A stretch of 64,000 nt of DNA, taken from Eledone cirrhosa. Its lineage: Eukaryota. A model generated the notes under the pieces. It made no database searches, was not told the origin of the DNA, and worked only from the letters and a program-made list of their open reading frames with translations. The stretch lies in contig OZ024740.1 of NCBI GenBank assembly GCA_964016885.1, forward strand, positions 246,016,001 to 246,080,000. Direction: 5' to 3'. Every line of letters starts with the position of its first letter. Within the stretch, counting starts at the first letter, position 1. The position numbers and the translations under genes were made by a program. Positions 50,705 to 61,447 of this stretch are shown piece by piece.

Positions 50705-51569
50705 CTAACATTTCAATGGTAGACACAGTATAAAAGAGGAAGACTTGGGTGGGGGAAGGAGGATTTAATTGAGATGGGGTAATTATGATAGGATGAGCAG
50801 TTGATGGTGGAAGAAGTTAATAAAGTAGTGAGTGTAGCCATAGAAAATTGGAATTTAGTCATAGAAACTTAACTGGTCAGTAGAAGGCAGGTGGTGACTG
50901 AAGTTGGGTGTATAGTGGGGGTTAGTGAAAAATGTTGGTCGGATTGGAAGTATAAAGTGGATAGACTACACGCCCGAACCATCACATATGTAGTCTTCTC
51001 CAACATCATTCTAGGTCCATCTATAACTTACGAATTCCAAAATTTAATATAAACAACAGCTCTATCCTATTTCCATGCTTCCTATAAACATCGGATCTAC
51101 CCTATTTCATGTACCTAATCCATGTATCCTATCAACAATAACTATTTATTTATTTTATTTCTTGTCTCCTGTTCAATTAAGTTCACTGTAATTGGTTATT
51201 CTGTCAGGATTCATTCCCAACAGCTCTATCCTATTTTCATGTATTTCCTGCTTCATATAAATACTGAACCATTCACTTAACATGCCGTTTTCCTCCCACA
51301 CACTTCCTTACACTCTTAGACCAATCAAACCACAGCAATACAAAGATACCTTCACCCACTATCTGTAGCACTATCTTTTCTGTTCTTGGAGATTTTCATT
51401 CATTATGGATGGGCTGAAATGATGGAGCAACCCTAAATATAAATATTAATCAACGCGTTTCCAGGCGATTATGCGAACCTTCTTTATTTCAGATACAGGA
51501 AGCATACACCTACCTCAACCCTTGAAAATATCCACCTCCATATTCCTCCTCTACCACTGATGGCAAATA

Positions 51570-52166
51570 TCCAAACTTTCTGAATATGCACCATCAATGT
51601 GAGCACAAGGAAAGGAAGAACAGGAGAGATTGTAGAGATGCTAGAGCTGAAGAAAATTTATGTATGCTGTGTACAAGAGACTAGATAGAGAGAAGAGTCA
51701 GCTAGACTTCTTGTAGGCAAAAAACAATGCTACAAATTTTTCTATGTGGGAAATGACAATGTACTGGGGAGAGTAGGTATCTTATTAGCTGACAAATGGG
51801 TAGATAAGGTAATCTCCATAAATTGAGTGGAAGTGAGAATCATTAAACTCTGACAAGTCCTAACTAGAACAATGACCACAATTATATCTGCTTATGCACC
51901 CCAATTGGGTTGATAGGTTTTACAAATTCCTAAAGGACAACTGCACAGACGGATGACTGACTTCCTAATCATTGTGGGGGACTTTAATGGACACGTTGGA
52001 AAACACTGTGGCAGCTTCTACAGAGTCCATGGAGGCTACGGGTTTGGTGCAAGAAATGAAGAAGGTTTCAGGCTCCTAGAATTCTGTAACACCTATGACC
52101 TATCGATATGTAACACAAACATCAAAAAACCCGACAACCACCTGATCACCTATAGATCTGGTGAAC
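51570..52166 (+). pseudogene. RTE apurinic-type endonuclease fragment
   Basis: CTINVST..CCVQETR, ISAYAPQ, IVGDFNGHVG..HGGYGFGARNEEG..LLEFC. Confidence 0.85.
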
Positions 52167-52167
52167 A

Positions 52168-52199
<32 letters not shown>

Positions 52200-52877
52200 C
52201 TAGCAGTAAAGCCCGGCGTTGCTCGGGGTCGCTCAGTAGCTGTGTTAAAGTTACAATGTTAAGTTTCTTTTTTGGCTTAAAAACTGTAGTGTCTACTGTG
52301 CAGACTTGCATGTGGTGTTTTTGATTAATATTCCCTCAACCAACAATATGCCTTATGAAGTTAAGAAAACATAACGATAACCCAAAGGTTATAACAAAAG
52401 AGGAAATATTTGCTTGTTTTACGTAGTCTTTAAATAGACTTGTTTTCAAGTAAAAATATTGTTTTAAATGGAAATGAAGCAAAACGGAAGCTTAGTGTTC
52501 GAACTGATGAATTTTGCAGGTCAAAATTTTGCTGGCTCGACAACTGTTCGTGTATTGTGTTAATGTCATTTTAAACGCTGAGAAAGCCAGCGTAATTTTT
52601 TTAATTTTTGCACGCAGAAAATGTAAACAGAACGTAAGACGCTCAATGTAAACAGAACAAAGGGAAATAACTCGTCACTTACGCTCAAAAATCGATACAT
52701 TAGATTCGATTTCGTCACATAGGGTGGGTCAATTTGAAATATTTTTTTTCCGATGTCTTCGCTAGGGCTCAATGTACAAGTATAGCAATTTTGGTGCAAT
52801 TCCGTCAGAGATTCTAAGAGGAGATGTGTGCCAAAAATCGATAGACAGACAGACAACCACAGCTTTATATATATAGA
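52200..52877 (-). mobile_element. Non-autonomous Helitron (extra 5'-end copy extends to about 53040)
   Basis: Minus strand: TCTATATATATAAAGCTG..tctgtctgtc start and cccgagcaacgccggg..CTAG|T end. Confidence 0.85.
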
Positions 52878-53033
52878 TGACATAATCAAAAACAAGAACT
52901 TATTTGAAAATTTATTTGACCGATGGTTCCGGCGGACCTTCATCTATAAGTGTAGCAATTTCACCGAAATTTGAACGTACGGTTTAAGAGGAGATGTGTG
53001 CCGAAGGTTTTAGTAGACAGACAGACAACCTCA

Positions 53034-53112
<79 letters not shown>

Positions 53113-53113
53113 G

Positions 53114-53164
<51 letters not shown>

Positions 53165-53187
53165 GTATATATATATATTTGTATATA

Positions 53188-53221
<34 letters not shown>

Positions 53222-53224
<3 letters not shown>

Positions 53225-53537
53225 TTTCATTTCATCATTTCATTTTACGTCCACTTTTCCCTACTTGCAAGGGTGGGACGGGACCTGATGCTGGCTTGAT
53301 TTCTACAGCTGGATGCCCTTCCTAACACAAACCTCATTTACAGTGAGTGCTGGGTGCTTTTTTGCTGCGGCACCTCCACGACCACTTTGCAGTGGAATGA
53401 TAGGGACCCCAGTCCCTATCATCTCATTTCTACAGCTGAGTAAACTGGAGCAATGTGAAATAAAGTGTCTTGCTCAAGGAAACAACACATCACCCAGTCT
53501 GAGAATTGAACTCACAACCTTTCGATTGCAAGCCCAA
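53222..53537 (-). mobile_element. CORE-type SINE with RTE family B tail (head clipped)
   Basis: Close reverse-complement match to 61028-61373. Confidence 0.9.
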
Positions 53538-53607
53538 TATATATATATATGTATATATATATATATTTGTATATATATATATATATATTTGTATGTATAT
53601 ATATATT

Positions 53608-53652
<45 letters not shown>

Positions 53653-53697
53653 ATATATATATATATATATATATAAGTATATATATATATATGTATG

Positions 53698-53775
<78 letters not shown>

Positions 53776-53939
53776 TATATATATATATATGTATGTATAT
53801 ATATATATATATGTATATATATATGTATATATATAAAGTTGTATATATATCTATATATATATATGTATATATATGTGTGTGTATATATATATATATATGC
53901 ATATATATATATATGTGTATATATATATATATATATGTA

Positions 53940-56279
53940 CATATATATGTACATTGCTGCCATTAACAAACAAACAAATTAACAACACACCAAAACAATT
54001 AAAACCATCCACTCTCGCCTCTACATTTTTGCTTAACGCCCAAGGCATCAGCCCTTCCACCAATACTCAAAAATGGAAGATCAAATTCCTGGAGGACTGG
54101 ATTGATGTCCATCCAAACCACATCCCTTTCTTCGTCCTCACTGAAACCCATCTCAGTAACCTCCACTTGGAAGCCGAGGTGAAAGTGAAAAATTTCAAAG
54201 CCATCCGTGCTGATCGCGCTGGCAGAAGAAAGGGCGGGACTGCCATTTATGTCCATAATTCTTTCTCAACAGAGGCTATGAACATATTCACTAATGGATA
54301 CTGTGAAGCAGTCACTGTATTCAGTCAAACCAACAACCTAATAGTAGTTGGGCTCTATAGGCCACCCCAAACGCCTGTACCATGCTTCAAGGAATGCCTC
54401 AACAGCATAAAGTGTTTCATCCAAGAGTGTCACCCTGACAACATCTTAATGATGGGGGACTTCAACCTCCCCGGAGTTGACTGGTCCACAAACAGCCTGC
54501 CACCAGGTTCTTCTGCCTCAACCTCTGACAGGGAAGCAGTGGAATCGCTTCTTGACTTCATGGATGATTTCTTCCTATCCCAACTGGTGCTCGAACCAAC
54601 GAGGTGCCACAAAAACGTCCTAGACTTAATTTTCAGCAATCACACTGACAATATCCTCAATATTGCAGTGGAGAAAACTCTACTCTCTGATCATGACATG
54701 GTTCTCTGTGATCTGAGATTCCACCGTCCAATATACAAACCCAATGTCATCTCTCATGTCCATCCGTTTGACGCTATGGATTTCCACAATGCAAACTGGG
54801 AAGCGATCAGTCATGATCTTGCACATGTCGACTGGTCCTTCACGCACACTCATACACCCACTAACATCAAAAAGTCCTGGCAGACATTTGTGGACACTGT
54901 TACAAACATATGTGCAACACACACCCCATTAAGAACTATAAACAAATCTACGAGCAGAATCCCTAGAAATAGAAAAACGCTCATCAGAAAAATTAAGAGA
55001 ACGAACAAAAAAATCAACAAGCTGAAATACTGTCAGCAGCAACACATCAACTTGACTGCCATTTCATCACTAGAGATTAAAAAACATAACCTCCAAAACA
55101 ACATAATGTCCCTCATCAACAATCAGAGAAGAGCAGAAGAGGCCTGGGCCATTGAGAAGATCAAACTCAATCCCAAAGTGTTCTTTTCATTTGCAAAAAA
55201 ACACAAAATCACTGGCTCGACTGTTGGCCCTCTAATTGATGAAAATGGCACTCTTCAAGACAATGCGAAAACCATGGGTGAGATACTGCAGAAACAATAC
55301 TGCTCTGTTTTCAGCAATCCTGATATGGCCGATCTGGGCTGTATCGGCGATGTTACTCCCCATTACACCTTATCGGACATAACGTTTGGCGCCCCTGATG
55401 TCTTAGCGGCAATAAAGGAAATCAAGCATAATTCAGCAGTAGGTCCCGATAGGTTCCCTGCTTGTGTCTTGAAGGCGTGTCAACACCAACTTGCATCTCC
55501 TCTTGCCAATCTGTGGCGGAACTCACTGGATGCTGGATATGTGCCAGAAAACCTTCTATCCCAGTCTGTTGTCCCAGTTTTCAAAAAGGGAAACAAATCC
55601 CTTGCCGTGAATTACCGTCCAATCTCACTCACCTCTCATATCATTAAGGTATTTGAGAGAGTGGTGAGATCGCGAATGATCCACTTCCTTGAGAGTAACA
55701 ATATGCTGAACTCCAACCAGCATGGATTCCGTAATGGAAGGGATTGCCTGATGCAATCACGAAAAAGATAGATGGCATGTCAGACCTTGACTACTGGGGT
55801 CGACTAGAAAACCTGAAACTTTACTCACTCCAACGTCGCCGTGAGCGTTATATTATCTGCATGATGTGGAAAATGTTCCATCATCACTGCCCAAATGATG
55901 TTGGCATCGCCTTCAAGATACACCCAAGGCTTGGGCCCCGTGCTATCCGTCCCATTCAAAAATCTAAATCGCAACTCATAACAACAATACGGCACAATTA
56001 TTTCACCTCAATCGGCCCTGCTCTCTTCAACATCACACCAGGACACGTCAAAACAGAAACTGACCACACAAAATTCAAGAAGTCTTTGGACTAATTCCTC
56101 CAAGTAATCCCGGACAAACCACCCACACCCGGATATGTCTCCGCAAACAGTAATTCTCTTCTCGACTGGGCCATGGTGCCCAAATCCTGAATTGAAAGAC
56201 TTCACCAGGTGGTGCTATTAAGTTAGACATGGCCTGGGCCAATACTGGCCAAAACATTTCAAAGTTATTCAAAGTTATA
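53940..56279 (+). mobile_element. CR1-group LINE with intact endonuclease and linker but RT core deleted
   Basis: About 600 open codons: LNAQGI, LTETHL, GGTAIYV, LYRPP, GDFNLP, SDHD, NYRPISLTS and QHGFR.GRDCL. This joins directly to the C-terminal AITKKI..LYSLQRRRERY; tail (ttcaaagtta)2. Confidence 0.92.
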
Positions 56280-56401
56280 TATATATATACATATGTATAT
56301 ATATATATACATATGTATATATATATACATATGTATATATATATGTATATATATATATTTATATATATATACATATGTATATATATGTACATATGTATAT
56401 A

Positions 56402-56440
<39 letters not shown>

Positions 56441-56441
56441 G

Positions 56442-56512
<71 letters not shown>

Positions 56513-56520
56513 GTATATAT

Positions 56521-56752
56521 AGGAACGAGTAGGACCCCGACGGCTGAGCTCAAGCCGTTTCGACGGCTAATTCTGGACTAAATGAACATTTTTATTGATA
56601 AAAATTTTCATTTAGTCCAGAATTAGCCGCCGAAACGGCTTGAGCTCAGCCGTCGGGGTCCTACTCGTTCCTATTACCCACTCTACTACCCTAAGTATTG
56701 AGTACTTTGGTGCGTTAAGGTCCATCTGGTTCCTTACCACATTTCCTTCGTT
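56521..56752 (+). mobile_element. Miniature fold-back copy of the PLE terminus of 61447-64000
   Basis: 56521-56591 is inverted relative to 56601-56672; 56601-56752 matches the pLTR end; (TA)n on both sides. Confidence 0.88.
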
Positions 56753-56757
56753 ATATG

Positions 56758-56788
<31 letters not shown>

Positions 56789-56833
56789 GTGTAGATATAT
56801 ATATATATGTGTATATATATATGTATATATATA

Positions 56834-57180
56834 TCATTTCATCATCATCATTTCATTTTACGTCCACTTTTTCCCTACTTGCAAGGGTGGGACGGGAACT
56901 GATTCTGGCTTGATTTCTACAGTTGGATGCCCTTCCTAACACCAACCTCATTTACAGTGAGTGCTTGGTGCTTTTTTGCCGTGGCACCTCCATGACCACT
57001 TTGCAGTGGAATGATATGGACCCCAGTTCCTATCATCTCATTTCTACGGCTGAGCAAACTAGAGCAATGTGAAATAAAGTGTCTTGCTCAAGGAAACAAC
57101 ACATCACCCGGTCTGAGAATTGAACTCACAACATTTCGATTGCAAGGCCAATGCTCTAACCACTAAGCCACGTGCCTCCA
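56834..57180 (-). mobile_element. CORE-type SINE with RTE family B tail, full length
   Basis: Reverse complement of 61028-61373 with scattered substitutions. Confidence 0.92.
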
Positions 57181-57206
57181 TATGTATATATATATATGTA
57201 TATATG

Positions 57207-57237
<31 letters not shown>

Positions 57238-57504
57238 GTATATATATATATGTATATATATATATTTATATATATATATGTATATATATATGTATATATA
57301 TATATGTATATATATATATGTATATATATATATGTATATATATATATGTATATATATATATGTATATATATATATGTATATATATATATGTATATATATA
57401 TGTATATATATATATGTATATATATGTATGTATATATATATATGTATATATATATATGTATATATATATATGTATATATATATATGTATATATATGTATG
57501 TATA

Positions 57505-57547
<43 letters not shown>

Positions 57548-57549
<2 letters not shown>

Positions 57550-57752
57550 TGACATTGCACTCAGTGCTACTTTGGGAGCCCCTACATGGACACACTAGAA
57601 GCGGAAGACCAAGGTTAACATATGTTGATGCCCTAAGGACAGACACTGGTCTGTTGGAGATGCAGGATATGGCAGCGATAATGGGGGACAGAGACCGCTG
57701 GAGAGAACTCGTCCATGGATCTCGGGAATTTTACCCGCCTTAGATAGATAGA
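57548..57752 (+). pseudogene. RTE-group family C 3' fragment
   Basis: [35 protein letters not shown]; matches 21546-21710; (taga)n tail. Confidence 0.82.
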
Positions 57753-57773
57753 TATGTATATATATATGTATAT

Positions 57774-59984
57774 GACGAAAAAGAAGACGATTTAGAGACG
57801 TATGACATAGATAATAACTGGAAGTTCTTACGTGACAACTTGCTGAAGGCTACTGATGAAACTTGTGGCTGGAGCAGAGCCCCAACCAGACAGAGAGTGA
57901 CCTGGTGGTGGAACAGCAGTGTAGATAAGGCTATTAGAGACAAAAGACTAGCATGGAAGGCTTGGAATAAGGGTGGGAGTAGGGAAGAATATACAGCCAC
58001 TAAGAGAGAAGCTAGACGTCAGGTGTACTTAGCACGCAGGGAGGCAGAGAGTAGGAGGTTTGCCAATGTTCTGCGACGGGAAGATCAGAGGCGTGCGGTG
58101 TTCCACATTGCAAGGCAGTGTGTCAATGCAAATCAGGATGTTGTTGGTGATAAATGTGTCCGGGATGATGCCGGTGTACTTAGTGTCACGAATGACCAGA
58201 AAAAGGAGGCCTGGAAATGCCATTATGAGAGACTGATGAATGTGGAGAACGAATGGGAGAGAGAGAAATTACCCTTGGTAGATCCGACAGAGGGACCAGC
58301 TATTGAGATTGACGAATATAGGGTCCAAGAGGCGATTAGGGAAATGAAAAATGGTAAGGCGGCCGGACCATCGGGAATAGTTGCTGAGATGCTGAAGGCA
58401 TCAGGGGACGTAGGCACTAAACTGGTTGCACGCATAATCAATCAGGCTATATATGGTGGTGTCATACCCAAAGACTGGTGCAGCAGTATTCTCATAAATT
58501 GCTACAAAGGTAAAGGGGATGCTTTGGAGAGGAGCAATTATAGGGGTATAAAACTGATAGATCAGGTTATGAAAGTGGCAGAAAGGATTTTAGCACAACT
58601 AATTAGAGAAAGGGTCAAACTAGATGAGATGCAGTTTGGTTTTGTGCCTGGGAAGAGTACAACAGATGCCCTCTTCTTGGTGAGACAAATGCAAGAGAGG
58701 TTCTTAGAGAAGAATAAGCCACTATACTTGGCCTTTGTTGACCTAGAGAAGGCCTTTGATAGGGTACCCCGATCTGTCATCTGGTGGTCCCTAAGGAAGC
58801 TGGGTGTTGAGGAATGGCTTGTAAGGACAGTGCAAACTTTGTACAGAGGTACTCTCAGTAAAGTCAGGGTAGGAATGGAGTTTAGTGAGGAATTCCAGAT
58901 ACAAGTAGGAGTACATCAGGGTTCGGTCCTCAGCCCGCTCTTGTTCATTATAGTCCTCCAAGCCATAACAGAGGAGTTTAAGACTGGCTGTCCATGGGAA
59001 CTTCTCTATGCTGACGATCTGGCTCTTATGGCAGAATCAGTAGAGGAGCTAGAGAATAAATTCCGGCTATGGAAACAGCAGTTGGAAGCAAGAGGACTGA
59101 GAGTAAATCTAGCTAAGACAAAAGTGTTGATGAGTAGAAAAGAGGACAAAACCCTGATTCCGTCAGGGAAATGGCCATGTTCGATATGCAGAAAAGGAAC
59201 TGGCATAAATTCTATAAAATGCACACAATGTAGGTCCTGGGTACACAAGAGATGTAGCGGGATAGCAGGCAAACTAACAGGTAGGGAGAAATATGTATGC
59301 AGTAGATGTAGAGGGAAATTAGACAGTAGAAGTCGCACTGATAGACACATTTTTCAAATGCGAGAGGGCGCTATAGAAGTGGTGGATAGCTTCCGGTACC
59401 TAGGAGATCAGATTAGCATGGGAGGAGGGTGTTCCGAGGCCATAGTATCTAGAATAAGGACGGGTTGGAAGAAGTTTAGGGAGCTGCTTCCTCTGTTGAC
59501 GAAGAAGGGTTTCTCCCTGCGTACGAAAGGCCGGTTGTATGATGCCTGTGTGAGGAGCGCGATGCTGCATGGTAGTGAGACATGGGCAGCTACCGCAGAA
59601 GATATGCGACGGCTGGAGAGAAATGAGGCAAGCATGCTCCGTTGGATGTGCAGTGTAAATGTGCGTGAACGACCCAGCATAAATGTGTTGAGAGAGAAAC
59701 TGTGTCTGAGAGGGATAGAATGTAGTGTACGGGAGAGGAGACTGAGGTGGTATAGACATGTGATGCGCATGGAGGATGACCGATGGGTGAAGAAGTGCCA
59801 GGAAATGCCAGTTGAAGGAAGACGTAGTAGAGGTAGACCACGAAAAACATGGGCGGAGGTGGTGAGAACAGACCTCAGATCATTGAAGCTCACGGTGGAG
59901 ATGACGAGGGACCGTGACGAGTGGAGAGATGCTGTGCTGAATAAGACCCGTCCCACCCTTGCAAGCAGGGAAAAACGGACGTAA
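57774..59984 (+). CDS. RTE family B reverse transcriptase, 5'-truncated but uninterrupted, with internal PHD-like finger
   Basis: Open frame from 57774 with no EN domain or ATG. Motifs: [55 protein letters not shown] and FRYLG. The stop is directly followed by (gat)n. Confidence 0.95.
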   Translation, partial: DEKEDDLETYDIDNNWKFLRDNLLKATDETCGWSRAPTRQRVTWWWNSSVDKAIRDKRLAWKAWNKGGSREEYTATKREARRQVYLARREAESRRFANVLRREDQRRAVFHIARQCVNANQDVVGDKCVRDDAGVLSVTNDQKKEAWKCHYERLMNVENEWEREKLPLVDPTEGPAIEIDEYRVQEAIREMKNGKAAGPSGIVAEMLKASGDVGTKLVARIINQAIYGGVIPKDWCSSILINCYKGKGDALERSNYRGIKLIDQVMKVAERILAQLIRERVKLDEMQFGFVPGKSTTDALFLVRQMQERFLEKNKPLYLAFVDLEKAFDRVPRSVIWWSLRKLGVEEWLVRTVQTLYRGTLSKVRVGMEFSEEFQIQVGVHQGSVLSPLLFIIVLQAITEEFKTGCPWELLYADDLALMAESVEELENKFRLWKQQLEARGLRVNLAKTKVLMSRKEDKTLIPSGKWPCSICRKGTGINSIKCTQCRSWVHKRCSGIAGKLTGREKYVCSRCRGKLDSRSRTDRHIFQMREGAIEVVDSFRYLGDQISMGGGCSEAIVSRIRTGWKKFRELLPLLTKKGFSLRTKGRLYDACVRSAMLHGSETWAATAEDMRRLERNEASMLRWMCSVNVRERPSINVLREKLCLRGIECSVRERRLRWYRHVMRMEDDRWVKKCQEMPVEGRRSRGRPRKTWAEVVRTDLRSLKLTVEMTRDRDEWRDAVLNKTRPTLASREKRT

Positions 59985-60023
59985 AATGATGATGATGATG
60001 ATGATGATGATGTATATATATAT

Positions 60024-60073
<50 letters not shown>

Positions 60074-60092
60074 GTATATATATATGTATATG

Positions 60093-60125
<33 letters not shown>

Positions 60126-60127
60126 GT

Positions 60128-60202
60128 ATATTAGAATGATCGAGTATCGAAAAATCGGCGCACGAGTTCACGATAAACAAAATTCGATATGAGCGGCAGA
60201 GT
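60128..60202 (-). repeat. Terminal fragment of the 2324-3201 element
   Basis: Reverse complement of about 2511-2585 with one visible mismatch; embedded in (TA)n. Confidence 0.9.
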
Positions 60203-60211
60203 GCTCGCTGA

Positions 60212-60223
60212 TATTTGTATATG

Positions 60224-60272
<49 letters not shown>

Positions 60273-60361
60273 ATAGAGATGTATGTATATATATGTATAT
60301 ATGTATGTATATAGAGATGTATGTATATATATATGTATATATGTATATATATGTATATATG

Positions 60362-60438
<77 letters not shown>

Positions 60439-60483
60439 GTATATATGTATATATATGTATATATGTATATATATGTATATATG

Positions 60484-60518
<35 letters not shown>

Positions 60519-60669
60519 ATATATATATATATGTATATATATATGTATATATGTATATATATATGTATATATGTATATATATATATATATGTATATATAT
60601 ATGTATATATGTATATATATGTATATATGTATATATATGTATATATGTATATATATATATGTATATATG

Positions 60670-60704
<35 letters not shown>

Positions 60705-60837
60705 GTATATATATATGTATATATGTATATATATATGTATATATGTATATATATATGTATATATATATATATGTATATATATATGTATATATGTATATAT
60801 ATATATGTATATGTATATATATATATGTATATATATG

Positions 60838-60869
<32 letters not shown>

Positions 60870-60895
60870 TGTATATATATGTATGTATATATATG

Positions 60896-60927
<32 letters not shown>

Positions 60928-60939
60928 TATGTATGTATA

Positions 60940-60988
<49 letters not shown>

Positions 60989-60989
60989 G

Positions 60990-61020
<31 letters not shown>
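60212..61020. repeat. (TA)n/(TATG) microsatellite, about 800 bp
   Basis: Direct inspection; similar arrays at 53037-53221, 53538-53940, 56280-56520 and 57181-57548. Confidence 0.98.
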
Positions 61021-61021
<1 letters not shown>

Positions 61022-61027
61022 CTAGAT

Positions 61028-61373
61028 GAAGGCACATGGCTTAGTGGTTAGAGCATTGGCCTTGCAATCGAAAGGTTGTGAGTTCAATTCTCAGACTGGG
61101 TGATGTGTTGTTTCCTTGAGCAAGACACTTTATTTCACATTGCTCCAGTTTACTCAGCTGTAGAAATGAGATGATAGGGACTGGGGTCCCTATCATTCCA
61201 CTGCAAAGTGGTCGTGGAGGTGCCACGGCAAAAAAGCACCCAGCACTCACTGTAAATGAGGTTGGTGTTAGGAAGGGCATCCAGCTGTAGAAATCAAGCC
61301 AGAATCAGTTCCCGTCCCACCCTTGCAAGCAGGGAAAAGCGGACATAAAATGATGATGATGAAATGATGATGA
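61028..61373 (+). mobile_element. tRNA-derived CORE-type SINE with RTE family B tail
   Basis: A and B boxes plus CORE-like ccttgagcaagacacttt..ctcagctgtagaaatg. The 3' cccgtcccacccttgcaagcagggaaaagcggacataaaa(tga)n matches the RTE end at 59947-60010. Confidence 0.93.
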
Positions 61374-61381
61374 TATATATG

Positions 61382-61446
<65 letters not shown>

Positions 61447-61447
<1 letters not shown>

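Noticed and set aside
53037-61051. Many long ORFs of Y/I/M/C/H/T repeats
   Set aside because: They are translations of (TA)n, (TATG)n and (CA)n microsatellites.
61030-61100. tRNA gene (also at 20194 and 57110-57180)
   Set aside because: A and B boxes are present, but the acceptor and anticodon stems do not pair and the sequence runs into a SINE core.
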